From assembly GCF_037042905.1 (NCBI RefSeq), contig NC_087246.1, forward strand, positions 23,064,001 through 23,128,000: a DNA stretch of 64,000 bases, given 5' to 3'. The position numbers and the translations under genes were made by a program. How positions within the stretch are numbered: position 1 is the stretch's first letter; the number at the start of each line of letters is the position of its first letter. This document shows positions 54,160-64,000 of the stretch, piece by piece. The stretch is from Lytechinus pictus. Taxonomy: Eukaryota. Under the pieces are notes generated by a model. The model saw only the letters and a list, made by a program, of their open reading frames with translations, did no database searches and had not been told where the DNA came from.

Positions 54160-57100
54160 TTTGGAATGGGAGTTGGGACTCCTTCCTCCATGCACCTCCT
54201 CCGCCCCATCTCCTGAAGGGTTTACTCTATAAAGTATGAAAAGAAATTACGATTCCCAACATCACAGTGAGCTACAATGAGCCACCATCACAAAGATATA
54301 CAATAATAGGTGACTGGGACCCCTATCTGCCTTCCGATACCCCCAAGGCTGTTTAGGAACCCCTTTTCTCCTCCCCAACCGTTCTTCCAAATCCTCCCCT
54401 GTTGAGGGGTATATATACCACGAAAGAGGCTCTCGAATGGGAAAGCACGTGCGCCCGATCCCGTTGTGGGCTCATACTATAGTCCGTATGACATGACGTG
54501 GAATAATGACCTTAAAACATCATCCAAGCCAGTCAGGTTGGGGCCTTTCTTGCTATATTTGGAAGACGATGCGGGGTGACAGCATCATGCAAATAAAGCA
54601 AATAAAAACATCACGTGATTTCTGTAGGAAAGTAAGGATGGCAAACTTCAATCAAGATTTAGATTGCTTAAACATTTTTGTCATCCTCATTACCCCCGGC
54701 CGGTCAATTCCATATCACTTGGTTTATTATATTTGGTAAGTGGTTGTGAAAGTCATCGTCGTATAAATAAGAGTTTGATTTCAAAATGGTGCCAACGCCA
54801 TGTTGTTTCCCCTCAAAATATTTGGATCATTACGTTTTTTCGGATCTCGTATACAACTCGACAGGGTTTGCAATATAGATAACAGACAAACATGTTTGGT
54901 TTGAATCATTCTTTTTTTTTCATTTTGATATCATACGCAAGTATGATGTAATCAGCTTAACGTAATCGTATCCCGAAACAGTTTTTTTTTCAGTATGCGG
55001 TTGGTTATAAATGACAAAAATTGATGATAAATGAATAATGAAGAGTTTTATTTCACTGAATCTTATCGTGATAATACAACATCTCATTCTCTCTCGATGG
55101 AGATGATTAAGTTTTACTTGATATTGGGTTGTAATTTTAATACATTACTCTATTAGCGAGAGAAGGCTGATAAAGGAATATCGTCATGATCACTCCATTG
55201 CGAGTGCGTTATCGCTCGATTTCGAATGGAAGTCCTTTCGTCGAATGAACGAGTGACTGATTCACTCCTTAACATTTCCAAAGAGATAAATTTTCATATC
55301 CCCTGTCTTGAAAATGAAAAGGTAAGCATTTACTCGTCATTGTGATGCTTAAAATGCTGGATATGTAATGGTGGATCTGGAGTTGTGACTGGTCAAGGCA
55401 CACCAATTATTGGGATAACGTTTTGTAGGCCTACTCTCTTTCGAATATCGGTATGTAGTATAGTTCACTAATGTAACTGGGTCTCATTAATGATATTAAA
55501 ATGTAATACTATGTGCAACATTATGAGAGCTTCCAGCAGGTGTGTTTTTTATTAACAGTATTAAAGCCTCATGAGCATCCAAAATTAGTTAATGATCACG
55601 ATCACGAATGCCAAAGTTCCACTTTGCAAATACATGGAAGATGTGACAAAAAATGTAAGACGAAGTAATAAAATGCCTAATTCCTGGCTTCATCAATTTT
55701 CATGACCTCCATCCTCTAACAACTATATAATTACACCATACAAAATCATATAGACGTATGTGAAATTAATATGTGCGTTGTCATAGTTACATACTGTAGA
55801 GGTCTAATGAACTTAATTGTTGAAAAATTAATACCTTGTCAAGCCTTGGGAATTCGTCAGACTAATGTATGTACTGTAAATATAAAAACTTAGTTGGGAA
55901 GAGAGAAATTATATTTCACCGAGGCAGTCCGATTATTCGACGAAATATAATTACCTGTATACGTACTTCTGTAATTACAGACATGAACGGGGAGGGAGCA
56001 ACATTCAAATCACACACTCCGTTTATGAACAAGACATATGAAGTCTGCATCTTCCGCAAAATAAGATACTTGGACAGTAACGCAAGACAAAATCTTTGTC
56101 TGGATTATTATCAAACGGATATTAATTGGTGTGGGGGTATGATTGAATGGATATCAATCGCTATTTCATATCGAATAATATCCATTTCAAAATGTCAATC
56201 ACAATTAAACATTAAGATCAACACCAACACCAATAACAACATCTAGCAGCAGAAACAACAACACCACCAGCAGCATAAACACAGGATTTTTCCTCTTAAA
56301 TCATATACTACCGTGTTAAGATTTAGAGGAAAAATGTGATACCAGTATAATTATTAATGAAATTACACAAGAAAATTTGAAAAATGTTAACATCTATGAC
56401 AAGTGTTTGATAGCAACGATAATTACATTAGATACGATGACTACAAACAAAGCTCTTGGGAAGGTTTAGTTTGTACCAATGACAAAAATTTTAATATAAC
56501 CAGCAGTCCTGTTCTAATTTTTTAGTTTTATACTGCTGCTGCACAATTAATTTTCGAACTCTGTGACCCACATCACATGAACTAGAATTAAATTGTACAG
56601 AAACGAAATTTAGCCTAAAATTATTTCAGAATCTTGAGTACGATGCTTACAAAGTGATATCTAAGAAAATACAGATAATGTCTCCATTACCACATTATTG
56701 TTGAAAATTAACAAAATTGTTCACGAATCAAGAAAAACAAATATATTATTCAGAATGTTAACATTTCATTTTTAACCCATTCAACCATATGCTAATACAT
56801 TCAGATATTCTTTACGGCGTGCAATTGATTATTACACAAACATTAAAGTGGCGCCATAGCAGAATATATCACGTGATGATATCATAGCAGCCAATCAGAC
56901 GCTGCGATTCATTCAGGTCGTTGGTGGGGTGACCTTGGTGCAGTAACTAATACAGTTTCCATAAAAAGATGGACATCGTTATGATAATCCCATTGCTTTT
57001 GAATAAAGATTTTGATCTTGTTATTTCGTTCCGAGAAGAAAACATAGAAACTAGATTGTGATTAACTTCAAGGCATGCGTCATTTTATTCGATTAGCAAG

Positions 57101-57547
57101 GCAACGCTCACGGCAGCATATTTCATCCAACGCTTCGCACCAGTTCACCTAAAATTCATATGTCTCACATGCAGTAAAGAGTTAAAGGTTCAATCGAAAG
57201 TTATTTTTTAAAAACTATGTAATAAGATGACTGTTTCTTAGTCTACATGGTAAATTGTTTATATTCATATATACATCCCTACCCATGCTACCCGTGATAA
57301 CAAATTATAAGGAAAAAGTGAAACAGAGTTATCCAAATCAAACTTAAACATATTTCGACACAGTTTACTACTCTACTTTGTTTGAATAGCTGACGATTTT
57401 CGAATAAGTTTTAGTTGAATTTAGTTCCTTTCATTGTTTTTACCTTTTGGTCTTTCTGGTACGTTTAATTACCATCAATAGATATTGCTTTCACACATTA
57501 ACACACATAGTCCATGCTCTATATTAATATAACATAGTCGAAATTGG

Positions 57548-57687
57548 GAGAGAGAAACACAGAGAGAGAGAGAGAGAGGGGCAAACTGAAAGAGGGAAAT
57601 AATAGACTTGTTGGTGTATGTGTGTGTGAGGGAGAGAGAGAGAGAAAGAGAGAGGGGGGAGAGGGGGGGGGGGGGAGAGGGGGAGGG
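57548..57687. repeat. (GA)n/(GT)n/poly-G purine-rich tract
   Basis: Directly visible; similar GA/CT tracts at ~6934, ~8072, ~12762, ~38185 and ~47864. Confidence 0.9.
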
Positions 57688-58702
57688 TAAAACTGTCTAT
57701 TGCTCCACCTACTGTGCCGTTGAATAGCAATGAAATCCCACTTTAAGCGCATTACGGTGAAGGGTGTTAACCAGTGGTCAATAATGTCAAGGGCGCCAAA
57801 ATCTTGCCTCTGAATGGAATCAAATTCCTCATAAAGCGAATTCCCGCGCCAAAATATTGACAAATTTCCCTTGCAGTCATACCAGAAGAATGACAGTAGC
57901 GATATATCCGATTACTGTTCGCACTTTGAGTAATATCGTTTGGGGATTTTGCAGCCGGTGATATCGATATTTTTACGTCATGATTTTTGGCGGTGTTTTT
58001 CATTTGACTACTGACCGCCTTTTTTCCTTCCACTGTCCCTTATTCTGCCTTTTCAATAAAAATGAAATATGTATATAATGTAAAATGGAATAGAGATATT
58101 TTGTACGGTTTAATGACAAATTTTAGAAATTTCAAAATGATATCCACCAATTCGAGCAGTGCATACCTCCCAATGGAAAACGAAAACAAAACTATATAGA
58201 TGTGTATTTTAAAAGAGTGCTTGATAAGATGGTCGACTACTAGTACATGAACATGTTATGCACAATTTTAAAACTTCTAAAATTTTAAAGTATCAAGAAA
58301 ATTTCGCAGATAGCATGACAGGGGGAGGGGCAGATACAACATTCCCAATACAGAATTTTATGACTTTGTTTTGCTTGTCAGTTTTGACCGGAAAGTGTTT
58401 TTGTAATTGGCGATGATTTTACCTTTTTTCGGGGGGGGGGGGGGAGGGTTCTCATAAAATCATTGCTCCTCCTAACGAGGTTATCCATGTGCGCCACTGC
58501 AGTTGATATTAACTAAAACACCGATTTTACAAGATAATGACTTCAAAGCAATCTATAAAAAAATGAAAGTGGTGATATTCGATGTGTGAATTTTACATCA
58601 CAGTAATGTCTCGTAATTCATAATCATAAAACATTGAATTTCTACAATGTTAAATTGGTCACTATGAATATTGTTTACGAAATTTCAAAAGTATGACGAC
58701 TT

Positions 58703-59205
58703 GAACACACTGCGAACACACTATAAACACAATGTGAACATAGTACAAACATACTGCGGACACACAACAAAACACTGTGATTACACTGCAAACACAATAT
58801 GCACACCGCAAGCACACTGTGAAGACACTGCTGTCAACACACAACAAATACATCATGAGCACACTACAAACACACACTGGGAACACACTACAAACACACA
58901 CTGGGAACACACTACAAACACACCCTGAACACACTGCAACACACTGTGAGCACAAGGCAGCCCACCGTAAATGCACTCTGAACACACTACAACTGTGGAC
59001 ACATTGCAAACACACTGTGAACACACTACAAACGCATTGTGAATACACTAAAACACACTCTGAACACAATGCAAAACACCTTGAACACAGTAAACAAACT
59101 GCACACACTACAACAGTAATACAATACAAACACACTGTGAATTCACCGCAAACGCACTGTAAACACATTAGAAACACGTGTGAGCACACTGCAAACACAC
59201 TGTGA
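58703..59205. repeat. CA-rich minisatellite (~11-12-bp unit AACACACTGCA/AACACACTGTG, ~22-24-bp higher-order repeat)
   Basis: Dozens of degenerate ACACACT units; ACACTACAAACACACACTGGGAAC is perfectly duplicated from 58861; explains the ORFs at 58662-59258. Confidence 0.9.
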
Positions 59206-59949
59206 TCAAAATAGAAACAAAGTGAAAAACACATACCACGGAAAACGCGTTCAGACAATGTCTTTTTGGGGGTTGGTAAGACAAATAATTCACTAGAGAC
59301 GTTTTGTAATCAATACTCATTCATGATTATCACTGATTTGACTTTAATCTTAAATTAAACCTCAAGTTATACATTCAACAAATCATAATTCAACACGATA
59401 TGATTCCAGTTAATGAATAGTCAACAATTTTGCATAAACAAGATATATTCTGAAAGAATAATTTTCATAAAATTATATTATACTGTCCATCGATGATATA
59501 CGTATTTTCAACAATGCTATTCACATTTTGGAATCACTTGCATCAAAATGAGCGTATTCTAGTTTCTATATATAATTTTGTTGCAATTGACATTTAAATT
59601 CAGATTCGGTAGAGCCCTGTTGATTTCGACTAAATGCTGGAACAGCATCGTTCAGATTTAAATAAATCCTTATATTGTCTTTATTGATCTTCACATGACA
59701 TTAAACATAGAGTTATAAACACTATTGGATTACCACATCAAATCCGTTTAGCCATGTTAGTAATTAAGACTGGTCTCTGTTTTTATTTGAAATTCAATTA
59801 AGGATATGTTGGGTTCTGCAGTCTTTCAACATGAGGCGTTCGTTGTCTGCTGCTCGGCCATTCCTTATCATAACCCAAGCTACTCGTGCATTTATCCCCA
59901 AATTAAGAAACAGATAATTCCATTCATTTCTTTAAAACCGAAACAGATT

Positions 59950-60068
59950 TTATTATTATTATTGCTATTATTATTATTATCATTATGATGATATATATGA
60001 TAGTGATGATGATGATGATTATTATCATTATCATCATTCTTTACTGTTATTATTACTTTTATTATTAA
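59950..60068. repeat. (TTA)n/(GAT)n microsatellite
   Basis: Directly visible. Confidence 0.9.
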
Positions 60069-61632
60069 TATATATGTTTATGTACATATCAAACAAGTAA
60101 GAGGGAAAAGGATGGGGACATACAACCTCGTGCTTTAACTTAACTTGTTCTGATATTTTAACATGATTTCATTATTCTATTTACATACATATACACGAGC
60201 ATTGCAAAAATTCGAGTGTGTAAAAATAATACAGCAAATTAACATATGTACTTCCTGAGTTTTTATCTCTTATTTTTTATGTGTGATTTTGTTCGAGTTC
60301 CGTAGATTGCTCTGGATTGTTATGAGAAATTTGCAGTAACATCAATAATATAATTCTGAGAGCCGGCATTAGAGATATACATGGAGGAGGGGAGAGAGAT
60401 AAAGATGCAGTGTAGTTGTGTGTATCTGACAACTTTGGGTGCGTGTGGGTGGGTGTTAGAATAATCGTGCAATACCATGCAGTGTATGGTTTCTGTCATT
60501 GTGCATTAGTGAAAGAGAGAGAGAGAAAATAAAATAATGACAGATAAATTTAATATTTTTTAACAGGAGTGGAAGGGCGGGGGGGGGGGAATCCGTTAAC
60601 CGGTGACAATACATGTATTTGGGCATGTTATCGCTTACAGTCATGATAGTACGATCTAGCTCAGATATTTTTTCTAAAGCTGTTCACCACACTTTTCGAG
60701 TTACAATGGGGTGCCGGTGGCAATCATGATGACATTCTGAAAGTCACGAAAAATCTCTTGTCAACAACAAACAATATCTCAGCATGATATTTTTGACATT
60801 ACCAAGTTACCATGGTCTCTGGGATCGCTAGAGATCGTATAGGTGGTCGTCCAATTTCTTTAACCGTTTTTTTTCTTCATTTTTAGTGTGTATATGTGGG
60901 TGGGGTGTGTTTGTGTGTGCAATAACGACGTGTAGGTTTCAGATGAAAAAGAGAAGATTGTCAAAATAAATATAAAAAAGTACCAGACATGTTATCTCAC
61001 CGCTACATTTCAATTTGCTCAATATTCCAACCCTTCCAACTCTCAATTAAAAAGAAATTTAACGAATGGATTCAGTGATGTGTGAAACTAGGGCCAGGTA
61101 TGCTGGAGGTATATCGTGGCCCTATTACGTGACAGGGTCGAGAAGCCGAAGGAACTGCGATCGATTTCCAGGAAAATTCAAAATGACTCTTTCAAAAGGA
61201 AATTTAATACGCACAAAAAAAAATCGAAACTGCAGTTATTGGTTTGCTTTTATTCTTACTCATTCCTCTTTATGTAAGATTTTTTTTAAAATAATTCTGG
61301 AGCAATTCTGTTATAAGTTCATGATATTGATTTTCATAAATAAAAGAGGCGAAAGAATGGCTACTAGCCTAATTTAACCGGTCAATACACAGTATATCAT
61401 CTTGAAATTTTTTTAAGGAACATTTATTTCATTTGCTTGTAAGCAAAGAAAATCGATCTTGTCACAAACTGAAAAAAATATAATCTAGAGCTGACGCAGA
61501 AAGGCAATAGCCATCGACTTTGGCCAGTGGAAGCAGCTTTTGCACCTGAGGCTTCGGAAAGTTAAATTTGCAAAAATATGTAAGCGAATATTGTTGTATG
61601 ATACACCCATTTAGATTTGTGATAAAAATGTA

Positions 61633-61834
61633 CATCTAAAAAAAAGTTTACCCAATATTGGGTAAAATGGGAACATGTATGTTTGTTGGGTAAAAAGATA
61701 CCAAAGATTTTGTAAATTTTACGCAATGATGCATTGAAAATTACCCTTAAAACATGCATTGGGGTTACCTAGCAAACATGCATGTTCCCTTTCTACCCAA
61801 TATTGGGTAATTTTTTAATCAATGTTTTAATGTG
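61633..61834 (-). mobile_element. Family A MITE, opposite orientation
   Basis: Reverse complement of the 7875 and 62738 elements (TTTACCCAATATTGGGTAAAATGGGAACATG...); TA on both flanks. Confidence 0.8.
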
Positions 61835-62737
61835 TAAAAGGCATATATACATTTTAATCGGCGAAAGCTATAAGATATGATTATTAAATGTCAGTGTTAT
61901 CAAGTCTTATCTGATTAAGGACAAGCGCAAATGTAAGTGTAATTCTGCTTTCATGGTTAAGTAAAAAAAAAAGTTTTAGCATCGGATCTCACGGGAGAAC
62001 ATAGCACAGCCGAGATATTTTGATCTTTCAAAAGTTAAGATCTCCTTTCTCCGTGCAACATTTTTTTTTATCAGCTCTTAGTATGAAGGCAAAGGACAGC
62101 CGTCGACGGGATGCACTGCTTACGGCGCCGGTGCACAGTGGTTGACGTTAGCGAGTGAGGTTCCGCCAGTAACGGATACCTTCAATCCGCCCAGAGCGCT
62201 AAGCTTAGCCCTTACAATTTATCTTTCTTCCTTCCTTGATTCTCTTTTCTTGATCTTCAGAGCAAGTTGGGTTGATGCTTAACTGGCATCTTGCTTTGAC
62301 AAGACAGATTTACCCATGATTCAACGGTTAACTTGAATCTGTAGTCACACGATACAGACGCTTTATACATGGAGAGAAAACATGAACGTTTTGCTAAGTA
62401 GGCCTAGTTCGTCATCATCTTATGTAGATGTAAAGTTTTACGATTCGTTGCATTGATCATGTGCAATAAATCGTTCAAATCAACTGTACGATCCATTACT
62501 TTACTTTGGAGTTCGACTACACCATAATCGATATAACTGTTGCATGTGCATTTTTATTAAAGGGAACACAATAGTCACCAATCCTTTTTTTTCTTTTCAA
62601 AATTGCATTTAGTAGGAAACTATTTGTGTTATTCTGCCCTTTTTATTGTTAGAAATTTATGTTCAACTGCAGTCTGCTTTCTGGAAAGTGAATGAAGCAT
62701 TGTGGAAAGGGCTAACACGCAACTAACCCTCAACATT

Positions 62738-62916
62738 CACTCTAAAAACACTGAGTAAAATTTTACCCAATATTGGATAGAAAGGGAACATGCATGTTTG
62801 ATGGGTATTTTTTTTATCTCATATTGGGCTATTTCAACGCAACATTGCGTAAAATTTACCAAACCAGCATGCATGTTCCCATTTTACCCAATATTGGGTA
62901 AACCTTTTTTAGAGTG
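62738..62916 (+). mobile_element. Family A MITE with 2-bp TSD (TT)
   Basis: CACTCTAAAAA / TTTTTAGAGTG perfect ends; TT on both flanks. Confidence 0.85.
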
Positions 62917-63475
62917 TTCGTAGGTTGTCGGACAGCACTCTGCCTACACTGCTACAAGTTAGTAACTTAATGCTTTAAACATGCAAATTTAGAAAATTTG
63001 ACTTGCCCAATAGGCGCGTCGACAGTATTATGATAACCTAGTGTTGCCAACTTTAAAAAGAAGAAATAAAAGAAGGCGGTTAATTCTGTGAGCAGAAAAA
63101 TCAAAAGATGGCAAAGAAATATGAATGCATTAGAACTATATCCGGAAAACTTAGGGCATTGTGTAGGTTTTTAAGACAGAACTTTAGGGAGAAATTATTG
63201 CATCAAATGCTGTTTTTTTATAAAATGAACGTCATGGCTATGCCATCCTCTTTCGCTGTAAGAGTAATTAACGTAATTAACGCCCTCAGTTTGCCGGTCA
63301 CAATCAACGCATATCCCATTGTATTATACGTCATAATATCCAATGGACCACTCTTATCGGCTCGATCGACAGTAGCTTTCTTTTTATGAGTAGCACTTTC
63401 AACCTCTTAAAATAGAATAACAACGTTAACAGGGACGCATGTGATGGTGAGGTAAAAGTTATCGCTCCAAGACAC

Positions 63476-63487
63476 TGTGACGTCACA
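63476..63487. promoter_or_regulatory. Extended CRE palindrome TGTGACGTCACA
   Basis: 12-bp perfect palindrome; function is inference only. Confidence 0.25.
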
Positions 63488-64000
63488 AGTGAAATTATTA
63501 TCTATGTCCCGGACCCCTTCCAAACATTATTTGTTATTTGTTCTCCGCATTTAATTGAATGAATCGAATTAGATGACTCTTTTAAAACATGGAGAAGAAG
63601 ACAAGGGTTGTTCTATGTAAGATGGGATAACGTTGGGCTAATAAAATAATTTGTCAGACAATCGATTCAGTCAAAAAAACAAAATGGAACGAGAATGGCA
63701 TCAAAGAAAAGTGCCGACCTTCTACCAGAGCCGGGCAGTTCGGCGAGTTATTAGTATGGTGTGTGAAAACGACATTATATGAAAACAAAATGGAGACATG
63801 AGATTGAAGATTGGCATAATACATAACATTTATAGTTCGATGATACTTATTCAGTGCTTTACTCAAATGAATACTCTTCGAAGTATTGTCAATTATCATT
63901 AGAAAGGTGTTTTCATTCATTATTCGAAGTAAAGGACAAAATGTATTTCCCAAACATGGCAAAAAGTATCCATTTTTAAATTCATACAGTATATGTGATG

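Noticed and set aside
58703-59205. CRISPR-like array
   Set aside because: Contiguous degenerate tandem units with no unique spacers, no cas genes, and a eukaryotic context.
61633-62916. Composite transposon formed by the inverted family A MITEs
   Set aside because: The copies are clearly diverged and each has its own TSD (TA/TA, TT/TT), indicating independent insertions.
1-64000. All ORFs in the six-frame track as protein-coding genes
   Set aside because: All are under 200 aa, many have non-ATG starts, and the longest derive from microsatellites, the minisatellite or the N gap; no recognisable domain or consistent exon chain. Small exons of a long-intron gene cannot be excluded by eye.

Overview
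AT-rich (roughly 35% GC by eye) eukaryotic, essentially non-coding DNA: a gene desert or very large intron. The repeat complement suggests a marine invertebrate, most plausibly a sea urchin or other echinoderm (inference, not verified). No protein-coding gene can be supported. The listed ORFs are short, low-complexity or run through microsatellites, satellite or the N gap. What is supportable: (i) tRNA-derived SINEs with three different central domains (CORE-like, Meta-like and a degraded Deu-like fragment); (ii) about 20 MITEs or foldback elements from several DNA-transposon superfamilies, some with clear target-site duplications (TSDs) and some nested; (iii) microsatellites, a CA-rich minisatellite and a 163-N gap; (iv) CpG-richer unique blocks that look like candidate cis-regulatory modules. 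The most striking structure is at 46983-48886: two ~99% identical ~465-bp TIR-bearing elements in direct orientation bracket a ~970-bp segment with no CpG, in an otherwise CpG-containing neighbourhood, and TATTAT flanks the whole unit. This is a candidate composite transposon or eccDNA integration that moved DNA from a methylated compartment.
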